From Gonapodya sp. JEL0774 (Eukaryota), in assembly GCA_027604505.1 (NCBI GenBank), contig JADIIX010000011.1:186001-250000 (forward strand): a stretch of 64,000 bases of DNA. The letters run 5' to 3'. The notes beneath the pieces were generated by a model, which saw only the letters and a program-made list of their open reading frames with translations, did no database searches and was not told where the DNA came from. The first letter of the stretch is position 1, and each line of letters begins with the position of its first letter. Positions 24,263 through 35,902 of this stretch are shown in pieces. The position numbers and the translations under genes are program-made.

Positions 24263-26074
24263 ATGCGACTGCCACTGTCGCCGCTGTCCACATTCCCGCG
24301 TGTCTCGCCATCGCTCACTGCGCGCGCCTTCTCCAATCCCCAAAACTTCCGTTCCGTTCAATCTCATTCTCGACGCTCGGTCGCTCCATCGACCCCGCTC
24401 CCTCCTCCACCAAAAACAGCTTCGATTCTCGTCGATTCTTTCGCCCGCTCTTTCCCAACACAAATCCCTTCAAACTCAGATCCGCACCATCCCCTCCTCG
24501 CAAACCTACCCAAAGGAACTCAAATTATTTCTTCGGGGCAACCCGAGGCCCTGAAAACAGTAGATGCAAACGATGGTCAAGGTGTGTGTATGAGGCGCAT
24601 ATGATGGGCGGGTGCGGAGTGCCTGTGGGCGTTAGGGATCAGATTCTCTTTTCGGAAATGCAAAGCACTGGCGAAAACCAGGAAACTCTTGAGGAATCGC
24701 CTTCGCATTGGCACTGCGGATTCATGAGAGGACGTGCTCTGTTTCTTGGAGACGGTTTGAGTGATGCTCGTCAAAATCACTAGTAGTAGGCCCAACATTG
24801 ATGGTGAGGAACGGGATCACCCATAACATATTCACGGCCGAGACTCAGGGTTCATGGGATTCGCTAGGTGTACCCCGTGAAACTCGGGGCTCTTCCTTTT
24901 CTGGAATGGTTTCTGGAATGGAAGATCGGGCTCGAAACGTGTCGAGCTCGAGACTCAAACCATGAACACGAACATTTTCTGTTTCATGTCACCCACGAAC
25001 ATTTTCTGTTTCATGCCACCATCCAACTCTTGCACCGCCTACTCCTCTCTATGCTTAGCCCCCGTCCAATCTCTTCTCCGCTCCTTCCTCACGTCACTAC
25101 CACTCGGCCTCATCCTCCTCTCTCCGGCCACCTTCCGCTACCCGCTCCGCGTTGACATTCTCCACCGCTACGAAGTCTGGCGTCAATCTGTGATAAAATC
25201 AGGAACGCGGAGTACAAAGAGCCGGAGCGAGGCTCGTGCAGGAGGGAGGAAAGTGCGGAGGCAGAAGGGGAGTGGGAGAGCGAGATTAGGGCCGGCGAGG
25301 AGTCCCATGATGAACAAGGGTGAGTAAGGATGAAGTACTGAGCGTTTATGAGGAGTGGGATTGCTTTGGAAAAGCATCGTCCTTCGCTGGAGAGTGTGGA
25401 CGGGGACGATTGCACTCTGGGGACACCGAATGCACCAAGCGCCAACCCTCAACGAGCAAGGGACGAAAAAACATTTGTGAGAGAGACAGTGCTGTGTTGA
25501 TATTCACGTTGGAGCACCTCGAGACCCTTCGTCGAAGATGGCCGTTTTTGAATCCGTTGTCCCACGAACACTTCCCTCCACCACTCTCACACACCAACCA
25601 GGCGCCCGCGCCCACGGGCCCCACCCACACACCCCCGCGACCCTTCTCCCGCGCAAAGTCCGCTTGCTCGCCCTCCGGACTGCCCTGAGTGCGAAACTCA
25701 CCCAACGCCAGCTCATCGTGGTAGACTCAATCACCCTCTCTACTCACCGCACGGCGGTGGCGGTAGACATTCTTCGTCGACACGGACTGGAGAACAGGAA
25801 GGTGCTTCTCGTTCCCGGGAGTCCCGAGCCGCAAGTCAATGTGATACTGGCGACGAATAATCTGAAAACTGTGGAGGTGAGAGAGGTGAGGGAGATCGAC
25901 GCACACGAGGTGATGAAGTGCGAATACATTGTCGTGGATGTGGAGGCTGTGGGTTGGTTGGAGACGGTGGTCAAGGGAGGCAAGAGGGAGAGGGAGGGCA
26001 GGAATGAACTACAGGTGGTGAAGGTGGGGGGCAAAGGGAGGAAGAAGTGGTTAAAACGGAGTGAGAGGGTGTGA
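24263..26074 (+). CDS. MRPL4: Mitochondrial ribosomal protein uL4m (YmL6-like), about 3 exons
   Basis: Presequence-like MRLPLSPLSTFPRVSPSLTARAFS; RVDILHR, TKSRSEARAGGRKVRRQKGSGRARLG, RAHGP, LPRKVRLLALRTALSAK are L4 motifs. Confidence 0.9.
24967..25020 (+). repeat. Tandem duplication 2 x 27 nt in the uL4m intron
   Basis: cacgaacattttctgtttcatg(t/c)cacc at 24967 and 24994. Confidence 0.9.
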
Positions 26075-26176
26075 GGAATCGCTGGTTGAGTGGTATCTAG
26101 GAAATGTGGGACTGGTCTTTGGAGAACTGAGCACTCGCCGTGAGGATCCACAAGTGGGTGATGTTTGTGGAAGAGG

Positions 26177-26238
26177 GTCGACGTTGACCAACACACTACT
26201 GTCGACTTTGACCAACACACTACTGTCGACTTTGAACC
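26177..26238 (+). repeat. Tandem repeat, about 2.5 x 24 nt
   Basis: gtcgac(g/t)ttgaccaacacactact at 26177 and 26201, partial copy at 26225. Confidence 0.9.
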
Positions 26239-27075
26239 CGAACGACCACGCAAACCCGACTCCTTGTCAACCGTGCTTCCAAACTCGACTCTTATCTGTG
26301 TCTCATGTCGGCTCTGGACACCTTAAACGGGAACTTTGAATGCTTGACAGGGACTAAGATGGTGAACGTTGCATTGGTTGGTGTAGTGCTTTGTCGATTT
26401 TGGGAACAAGGGCCACAGGGGTAATGTGTAATAGCAAAGAAACGCCATATGTTGTAATACCAATGACTTCTGATTGGGAGAAGTGGGAGGTGTTACATAC
26501 TGGACACTCCCGGCCAAACACAAATAAATACTCCACCATTCACTCCCTGAGAAACTAACGTGGTGATATCTCAAAAAGGAATGGCGGAACACTTGCGTTG
26601 TCTCTTCTTTCTCATCGTGTGAATCCCTAATGCGCGAGAGCCAGACATTTTAATTTCAACATTCACTGCGCGATAACAAGGTGTATTCGATTCACTCTGA
26701 TATCTTAAACCTTTTCTAAATGTACACTCGGGAGTTGAGACCGAGAACTCGATGTATTATTTCGACTCTGGGCACTGGTGCCACAACAACGGATTGTTGG
26801 ACATAGATCCTATCATCTTCATATCAAGTCAAATGATTATTTTATACGATGGTAAAATACAGATACAGCAATACTCAAACCATAGAAGACCCATAAATAT
26901 CCAAATATGAGGCGAATACGTCAGCAAAAGAACCGTAATAGCCAAAACTAGATGATCGTACGTCGGATATAGAGTGAGAATGCATGGGTTGAATCGGGTT
27001 TTTCTGAATGCACGAACTACCAAGGTACTCCTTATCTACGTGTTTTCAAGTGACCGTGACACGTCCAGAGTCGAA

Positions 27076-27135
27076 AGTCCATGTCCTGACCCGCAGGAGC
27101 ACAAGAGTCCATGTCCCGACCAGCAGGAGAACGAA
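27076..27135 (+). repeat. Imperfect tandem repeat 2 x 30 nt
   Basis: agtccatgtcctgacccgcaggagcacaag / agtccatgtcccgaccagcaggagaacgaa. Confidence 0.8.
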
Positions 27136-27210
27136 CTTCCTGTCGATTTCCTTTGAGCAATCCAAGCACACTCCGGCCAAAGATGAGTGCATTGATCCCC
27201 CTGTTGAGGG

Positions 27211-29300
27211 TCACTGATTGAAATCTACGTATAAGTCTGGGTCAAAGTTAATGTCACCGTCGCCCGTGTTCGGCTGTTCACCAGCGGTATCAGCTTCTTG
27301 GTGATCCGACTGCGCTGGTTGTAAAGCAAGATCAGGGATTTGAGGCAGAACGGCATTCATGGCTTGGTTGGAAAGTACCAAAGCCAAATACCAAGGAAGT
27401 GCTTGTACCGGGTCGGAAAATGGTGGATCGGTCGCAAGTTCCACGCGAGAAGCGACTTTCGACACCCCGTCGCCACTGGTTTCCGATTCATGTGTGTTCC
27501 TTTGTGAGACTTGACAAAAAAAAGCGGGTGGTTGACCTTGAATGTACGAAACTTGGTAAAGGCATACAGGACATTTAATGGACAGGTCTGTGAAGGCCGG
27601 AGCCAGTCAACGCCAATCCAGAATGACTCACCACTTGCTCCTGTGGTGCGGCCCTCCCTACGATTTCCTTGTCGTTGTCGCTTTGGTGCAATCACTGAGG
27701 TTTCGTTGATACTTCGCTTGCGTCCTGTTGGGATATGGAGATAACAAACAGGATAAATTCATCCACAAAGTGAGCACACCAGATTCCAGAACACAACCTC
27801 ACCTTTTGATGCCATAGGCTTCTCAGGTTGACCAGCTGTCAAATGTGACACTGGTTGATCTAGCGAGTAAGAATTGTTTGGGTGTCCATTTTCGGGTCCA
27901 CTTATGAGTATCACAGAACGTTCACGGTGCTCAGTGCAGGTATCGTAATGCCTCTTTGCTGCGGATATGTTACCACTGGATATCTTGCAGCGACTGCAGC
28001 GAAAGTGCTTGACTGGGCCGTGGTGCTTCTCTGAGCTGACTAAAACAACAAATTAAAGTCGCTTGGTGTCAGGGGAATAATCAATCAAACTTGAGAATAC
28101 TGTTCTGAGCTTACGGTGAGTAACCACGTTTCCATATTTGCTTTTGTAATCACACTTTTCTACAGGACATTGAAACTTGCCATCTCCAAGTTTAATGGGT
28201 GGGTGGTGCTTGGAGATGTGACTGTGCCACTTGCAGTACTCTGCAGGTGTGCTGATGACAGCGTTGCCGGTTTTGTAGCATATCAAGCGTTCACCCTTTT
28301 CATCCAAGAAGACATCCTGTAATTCACAATTCTTGTTTTCAAGGCAATATTCACACATCTGCTTTGAGGTTGGGTAAAATGAAGTAGAAGTGATTGAATC
28401 ATTCATGCCAAGATCCTCAGAGGACACGCGTGTCTTAGATCTAGTCACTCACATCATTTTCGTTGCGTTCACAACCTCGACGTGATCTTTTCAACTTGTC
28501 ATCGCTGCATTCAATTGAATTATGGCATGCAGATGTATGACAGTACTGCTCGGGGTTGTTAGGCACCGGAGTTGTGGTGTTTGCGAATACAAGATGTTCA
28601 CTCGTGGGATCCAAGTCGACATATCTGACTCTACAATTTTTGTGCACACCCCAATTGTCTTGCGTTTCCTTGAATTGGGTGAGGGTATAGGGGAAACGAG
28701 TAGAGCATCAGGGTGGGAACAGTGGGATACCCAGTGGCGCTGCAACAAGAGCTGCACACCAACCTCCAAGCTTTGTGCTCTTTCACGTTCTGAGCATTGG
28801 AGACGTACAGGTACAGGATGAGAAAACTTGGCCAGCACAACTCGACCAGAGGTGCCGGCTTGTTCCCGACACATCGAAGCGGCGTCTGCGTCGTCTGTGT
28901 GAGAGCATTGGCTTGTATGAACGTCTATGTCATTAATCGAACAAAGTCAACAACCGTGTGGGTATGGAGCATAAAACCCATTCACCCACCTAGAGCTAAC
29001 GGATCAGCAGAACGGGTTGAGGGCATTCGAGGTGTTGAAGTATTGGGACAAGACATCGGCGTATTCTGATCCTTGTTCAGTGAGTCTGGAGAGAAAATTG
29101 TAACAACCATGGCTAGTGGTCCTAAGTACTTTGATGAGCATAAACGGGGCATAACTTACTCGTAGTCCGACTTGGATAGGGTGAATAGGCCAACCGCGGT
29201 GTATGGTGCACCCAATCGGGTTCAGTTTGACATGTTCCATCCACGGCGATGGGAGTCAAAATCTTTGAGCGATCAGAGTATGCAGTATTCAGTTTCGCCT
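27211..29300 (-). CDS. Zinc-finger protein A (Cys-rich module plus C2H2/C2HC fingers, NLS-like segment, acidic tail); 5' end uncertain
   Basis: FQCPVEKCDYKSKYGNVVTH|LSSEKHHGPVKHFRCSRCKISSGNISAAKRHYDTC across intron 28040-28114; RRKRS..PKRQR basic segment; acidic end DINFDPDLYVDFNQ*. Confidence 0.65.
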
Positions 29301-30027
29301 AGATCGCAATTTTGTGAGAGGAAGCGGTGTTGGTTTCAAGGACCATTGGGTTACTTTTATGTTCGCAACTTGAGAGTAGAACTGGCTCAGTTTTCGAGGT
29401 GCAGTGGGGAACGTATTTGGATCCAATGTTGCAGTGTGCTCAATTAAATTGGTGATTAACTTGCGTGGCAAAAGCATTGAGCGGCCGGCAGTAAGTAGAA
29501 TGATGACCCCGCCGGAATGAGGAATGACAGTGATGAACCCACATTACACTCATTTTCCAGATCCTCAACATCGTCTTGTTTATCAGCGTCAGTCCTTCTG
29601 TTCATCACTGTGAAATTGATGCTCTAAACGTGAACAGCGTGATTTCGAAAGTGGTTGTGGCAAGCTCTGTGGGGGGCTGCCACAGTCGACTGTGGCTCAC
29701 CCGAAACAAGCCGGATTGGATGCACAAAATGGAACAGCACGCTAAAAGGGGCATGTTGCGTACCTCGACGACAGAGAAGTTCTAATAAGTAGTATGAATC
29801 ACGATTTAGCAATGCCGTGAGATAAAATCAACGCTCTAACTTCTGTGACTGGCTTTGTCGACCAACTGTAGTATTTTATTCATTTGCCGACGAAGATTTG
29901 CCTGGGCACTGAACAAGCAAACAGGATGGCGGAGCATGCAGGCTGGTGGGGTGGAGAGATAGCCAATCCCGTGTCATAGTGCACCCTCTTCTAACACCTA
30001 TAATTTACTAACAACTAACCTGTTGCA

Positions 30028-32431
30028 ATGGATGGGGACAAGAAAGCAAACACGATTCCAGTTGCCAATGACCGCGAAGACGTGCGTTTCTTTCCTCCTC
30101 TCGTTTCGTGGTCCTGTTCTTTCTTCTCTCCTTTAACATTCTTATTTCTTCCACTTGTAACCTTGCCTCTGCAGATGAACATGAACGCCGTCGTTTACAC
30201 AAATATTAGAACTTCTCTCTATTTTAAGCAGCTCTAGTGAGTATCACCTGTCTCTCCTGGCATTGCAAGCACCCCCCACCTCCGCTGGCGATCCGCAATA
30301 CGTGTAATGCTCCACTTTTAGAGGGCAGTATCCTACCATATCTCTATCTTCATTATAACTGACCTCGCCTGCGTGTCTACTATCCTATGCGGGTGAGAGC
30401 GGAGGCGGAAAGTGTCCTCCTCCACATCATCTTCTTGTAACCCTCTCACAACCCTTTGTGCTCTCTCCTCTCCCCATTTATTCTCATTTCGGAACACCTT
30501 CAACGCTCTGCTACCGACCAATGACTGAAACTCTGTACTTTCAAACAGTGAACTCAAAACTTACCACGAAGTACTCTCCGAGATCACCCGGAAAGGTTCG
30601 TACCCATTCTACCACAGTGAGGTTGACCTGGAGAGTGTCGAGTGATCAGGAGTGCGGGAAACTGACGGGATGAGATCCCGCCCTTCATTTGAGTGAGTCC
30701 GTTAAGCGGTGCACCCGTCATTCGATCCACATCTCCCGCTATGTACATGAGCTGCCCCGGGTTGTGCAAAAGATGTTGAAAGTAATGGAGAAAACTAGAT
30801 CACGATTCAGAGCAAAAGAGTTCCCGTGGTAGGGAACGTGAAAAAGTGGTCGGGAAACGGTGTCTCTTCGATTTGCAGAGAAACCACTCAATCATTGCAG
30901 TTCAAATGTTGGGCTTTACCGGATCCCACCGTTACTTTCCCATCCGGAAGAGCTTCTAACGACCGTCGTTGTCTCATAATCTTCCCCCATCGACCTTCCT
31001 AACCCTCCACTCGGCTTCCAACCTTGTTAAGTTGAATCCCTGGAACCTTTCCTCAAGGGAACGATGGCGTCTACCGCGTTCTGTCTCCTGTACAAGTTAT
31101 GGACACTCAGATTGACGGTTAAGCAAATAAGGGGCATGGTGGATACGGGGAAAGGGTAAGTTGAGCTTGACCCCACGAAATACAGCGCGAATGTCCACTC
31201 ACCATCAACGCGAACTTACACTTTGGCCTACCAAACTCTTAGCCATGTTCGTGCCATTGGCCTTCTCTATCTCCGGTACGTCCTCGATCCCAAAAAGCTC
31301 TACGAATGGTTCGAACCCTTCCTCTCCGACACCGAACCCGTGGTTATTGAACGGGGGGCACGTCCATCAACCATCGCCTACGTTGCGCGAACGCTGCTGA
31401 TGGAACAGAAATGGTTGGGGACAATGTTGCCGAGGATTCCTGTGCCGGTGGTGAAAGATATACAAGCAAAAATGAAGGACCGAGATGTAGGCGGTGCGCG
31501 TGGTGGAGGAGCGAGTGGGGGAGGTGGGGGCGGCAGGTGGGGGGACGATGATGTAAAGCCGAGTGAAGACTTCCCGGCACCGCCGTGGCTGGTGGGGAAG
31601 TTTCCGGGGAGTAGGGGCAAGGGAGGGACCAGTCGAGCAGGTGGAATTGGGGCGGCTGGGAGGGACGAAGAAGGGAGCTACGTGGGTGGAGGATATGGTG
31701 GCATGAGGGATGAGTTTGGGGAGAGGAGGGACAGCGCAGGTGAGGGATCCGGTGGGAGATACAGTGAGGGCGTACGGGAGAGGGGAGGATTGGGTGGTGG
31801 TGTGGGAGTAGGTGGATGGGACGGAGGGAGGGGGCGAGGATACGGAGGCTACGGAGGAGCGGGGTATAGGGACAGGGACGGCGAGTGGGGTGGGGATGGT
31901 TATGGTAGCCGAGGGGGTTTCAGCGGGGGTGCGGGGCGGGGCGGATATGGTGGTGGGCGAGGTGTGGGCCCGAGGGGTTTTGCGTATGGGTATGGGTTTG
32001 GAGGAGCTGGGAGTGATGGACGAGAGTACAGTTATGAAGAGAGAGGTGAGTTACTTTGGGGGAAGATCACTGCGTGGGTTTTAAGTGCAATTGCTGAAAG
32101 ACTTTATTCAATTCTGCCTCCGTCAGACCGGCGCGACGATCGGGATACTCGAGACTATAGAGATATCCGAGACGACCGTCGAGACCGTGATACACGAGAT
32201 GACCGCCGTCACCGAGACGCCGGCCGCTCTCGCGGTGACCGAAATGACGACGAGCGACGGGACAAGGATCGGGACGACCTTGATCGGCGGGACAAGCGGA
32301 CACGGAGCAGGAGTCCTCCACCGCCCAGGCGAGACAACGAGGGACACAAGGAGAAGGACCGAGATGGTGATAAAACATCGGAGAAAGGAAGTAGGGGGGA
32401 AATTGAGGAAGGGGAGGAGATGGAGGATTGA
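30028..32431 (+). CDS. PRPF38B: Pre-mRNA splicing factor PRP38B-like with Gly/RGG-rich and RD-rich tail, multi-exon
   Basis: MNMNAVVYTNIRTSLYFKQLY-ELKTYHEVLSEI-VESLEPF..STAFCLLYKLWTLRLTVKQI-HVRAIGLLYLRY..LYEWFEPFL..TMLPRIPVPV. Confidence 0.92.
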
Positions 32432-33851
32432 AAGTATTTGCAGCCAGTGTCGCGTTTTGTAGCACGGAATAGACGGCGCGTCAACCAACGCAGTCGATGG
32501 GGCAAGATGTAAGGTGTTTTGTTGGTTAAATCCTTCCAATGGTCGAAGGTCATGGAACGATGTGGCAATAATCGCGGTCACAATATGTATTCATCAAACA
32601 CTCCCGTGTGACCCAAGACAGTTTGTGCTCATTATACTCCTCGTTCCTTAACGGCAGGTGTCCATGATGTGGTTTTAGGGAGGGTGGTGTTGTAGGGCTT
32701 CGCACAGATTGATAAGATCAACGAAGGATACGTATTGAGTTAGCAATAAGCACGGAGTTTTTACCTTATATGCAGCCTTCGACCCGGTGTAGTTAGGCTC
32801 GTGCGGGGTTTGGAACCTGCAAGCGCCCCATAATAGGTATGAGACCGATTTGAAAAGTCGAGGTTCCACAATAGAGTCCGGGTCCAGATGCATCGCTATC
32901 GATATGAGCATTCAACTTACTTGGGGTTAGTTTTCAGCGCTGGAGCGGGGTCGTCGTGCATCTTGTGCAACCAGCCATGCCTGCAACGGAATAGGAAGCA
33001 AGTGTGATGGGATGGTTCCCGCGACAGTCGCAACCGCGAAGCTCGAAAGAACAACAGAAAACGTTGCAGAAATTGTGTTTTCGTGTTGTGAATAAGTTTG
33101 TTCCAGTCTCCTGTTGTATTCGAGCGGGGCAGGAGGCGGATCACTTCCACCTCCACTGAACGAGTCCACGTGGCCGTCTTCCAGCACATGAAGGCTTCTG
33201 AGTAATGATTTTTAAAAACCGTGCCATGGGCGGCGTGCACCTCTGGGTTTGTCGATCGTTGCGTGGATGCAACCGACGTCCCCTTTCCATCCTTTCCCTG
33301 AACCTTACTGCACGCACCAGTCAGGGGCTACGGAGTCACCTGTGCCAGGGTATGTCCAGGACTTGTACTCTACCCAGCGTTGGCGGTCTGCAATAGGGAG
33401 AGGCAAGAGGTTGGCCATCGTGCGTGTGTACTCGTCGGGATGAAACACAGACTCATTGGCTCGTTCAGGTTCTCGTAATACTTGTTTCCCAGGTTATCCT
33501 CGCCCACCAATGTGCCAATCTTGGGGTCATGGCTTCCGAGAGAATGAAGGGGTTATGACATGACATGAAGATCGACAATTGTGGACACATACATGGTGTA
33601 GAGCTGTTTCAATGTTCGCTTCCATCCATTGTTGATGACGCCAGAAATGATTCTCGTAACGATGTTATTCAGATCACCCCAGCGAGACATGATTGGAATC
33701 TCGTTGGGAGCAAGTGTGGGCACACCGAAGGATCTCTTTCTTCATGCCTTCAATATTTATTATTTATGAATGAACCATGCAAGATATAAAAAAACCAAGC
33801 CTGCAAGACCCTGGCGTACCGATGCGAAGGTTTCTTTCGAGTCAGGGGCTA

Positions 33852-35574
33852 CTATTCTCCCAATGAGTTGGAATGTGATTGCGACCATGTTCCACTGGTA
33901 TAAGCGCTCGACCTGACTGCTCCCCCTTCTTCATAGCTAAATTGCGGTCCATCAGTATCTTCCACGACAGGTTCTCTGATGCTCTTGACCCTGGAGAAAG
34001 TCCTCGGAAGAGGCTTCAGCTTCCCAGTGGGTGACTCTAAAGAATTCGCGAGGGACCAAGGTATTCTGGATACGAGAGACGAACCCCCGCCAGGCAAGGA
34101 TGAGATGGTGGAGGGTAAGGTGGTGTTGCCACTACGCAATGAAGAGGATTGTTCTGGCCGTTGAAGGGAACCAACGGGAAGCTCGGATAGCGAGAAACCG
34201 GCCTCAGGAAAAAATTCAGCGGTATTAAGGGAGGAATCGAAGGGGGAGGAAGTGGAGTTGATTTGGGAAGAGAGAGGGGACAGGGCACCGACTGTTCAGT
34301 TTGCCAATGCAAGTAAGCAACAAATAGATGTGAATGTGATCAAGCACATTGGAAGATTTCAGTCGAAGCAAACACGAAAAGTGGCGCCAAGTTAACCCAC
34401 ACGGAAGAGCTCCGACAGGTTCTTCTAGTGATGACACTACTCCCCACTTCCGCGCAGCACACCAGCCATCAGCATACACAAGCATAACGAGGACCTGATC
34501 TCCTACAGAGACGGAGAGCTCATCCTCGTTTTGGGCAATCCACGCATATCGTGCGACGAACACGTCATTAACAGTGACGACTGAGGGTACGGATCCTTCC
34601 TCGGACTGCAGGGTGGTCCCAGCCATACTGTGCTCCGTGCTCGTTGAGTACCCATCATGCGGAGTACTGGCGCCGTGACTCCTCGTGGGAGCAGCGTTTG
34701 CAGCAAGAGTCATGGAGGCCCAAGCACCGTAAGCGGGAGGAGGGACTAAAGGTGGGAGATCCGAGAGTGGAGCTTCCTCTCGCACCCCTGATACTGTGGA
34801 GTTACTATGACTTTCCCTCGGTGACCGAGACCTTCGCCCAGGTTTAGTGGCATTGGGATGAGTGTTCTCTTTGTCCACTGACGGCCTTTTTCGAATCTTG
34901 GTGCAGACGAAAAAGGCCAACACGACAAACAGCGCGCCAACAAGTCCTCCAACCACACCACCAATAATTCCAGCAAGTGACGGACCTGAGGACGATGGGT
35001 CAGGTTTTGACGAAGAGGTTGATGAGGTAGCAGCACTAGAAGTGGGGGTGGGATTCGCTAGCGTGCTTGAAGCTACCCTCTCGCCGGAGCATCCCACGCC
35101 ATCGTAGACCTTCCACGTGTTCCCATCATCACATGTGATACCACATTGTAGGGAGTTGAACGCGTCGACTTGGAAGCAACCAATGGTGCTGTTGGGAGGC
35201 GGGGGTCCACAGTACGAGGAGCCGCACGTCCCCCCGTCACAAATCGTAGCCGTATATCGGAAGGGGTTGATCCTGGCATTGCAGGCCCTGGGTTTGGGAG
35301 TGGTGACGAAAAGAACCTCCAGGTATGGACCTCTGAGCTGAACTCGAAACACTCTTATGAACAAAGCTCACCAGTAACAATATCCTCGTCGGCAGTCCAC
35401 ATATGGCGAATCAGGATTGCTAATCTCGAAGTTGATGCCAGTACAGTCGTTGACAGTTGTACAGTTGCTCGCAGACGTGTAAGCGGCGGCTGTTGGCCGG
35501 CAAGCTAATGCCAGGAATATTGTTGTAGCCATAGAAACTGCGACTAGCGCTGACCATCTCCGTGTTCGCAACAT
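33852..35574 (-). CDS. Type I membrane protein: signal peptide, Cys-rich ectodomain, Ser/Thr stalk, one TM helix, cytosolic SH3
   Basis: Signal WSALVAVSMATTIFLALAC; many Cys; TM IIGGVVGGLVGALFVVLAFFVC followed by KIRKR; SH3 FVARYAWIAQNEDELSVSVGDQVLVMLVYADGWC..GALP; last exon joins ORF 33852-34139. Confidence 0.85.
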
Positions 35575-35902
35575 CGCACCTGTTTGTTGCGGCAAGAATG
35601 GGTTTCGCCTAGACCTGGGGCTCAGCCACTTGACTTCACCACTCGGTCTGAACATTGTAATGACTTTTTCTTTCACCACTGAGAAAAGAGACAAGGAGCG
35701 AGCATGCGCGCATGTAGTAGTGAATCGTAAATAACAATATTTTAATAATACCAGTCCGCTGAGCAGGCGGAGCATGAGGCCACAGGCGGAGCAAAACACC
35801 CACAGCGTATGTGAGTTCAGCAACTCAGTCACTGCTCTTGAAATGGAAACAAGAACGGGTGGCATCGAAGAGACTCTATCAATGCTGGACGAGGAGGCTG
35901 CC

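Noticed and set aside
26177..26238. Short direct repeats as a CRISPR array
   Set aside because: Repeats are contiguous with no spacers, there are no cas genes, and the context is eukaryotic.
30596..31031. Intronic ncRNA or poison exon in the long PRP38B intron (hairpins at 30666-30680, 30820-30837)
   Set aside because: Only short 6-bp stems; no convincing C/D or H/ACA boxes; the candidate cassette would need a 22-nt upstream intron.
32644..32733. U12-type signals (TTCCTTAAC on +, GTATCCTT on -; also ATATCCTT at about 22289-22296 on -)
   Set aside because: On opposite strands or inside ordinary U2 introns; no gene model needs them.
32917..33240. CRHG tetrapeptide suggestive of a KDZ/Zisupton transposase
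   Set aside because: No other KDZ motifs or long ORF; a chance match is likely.
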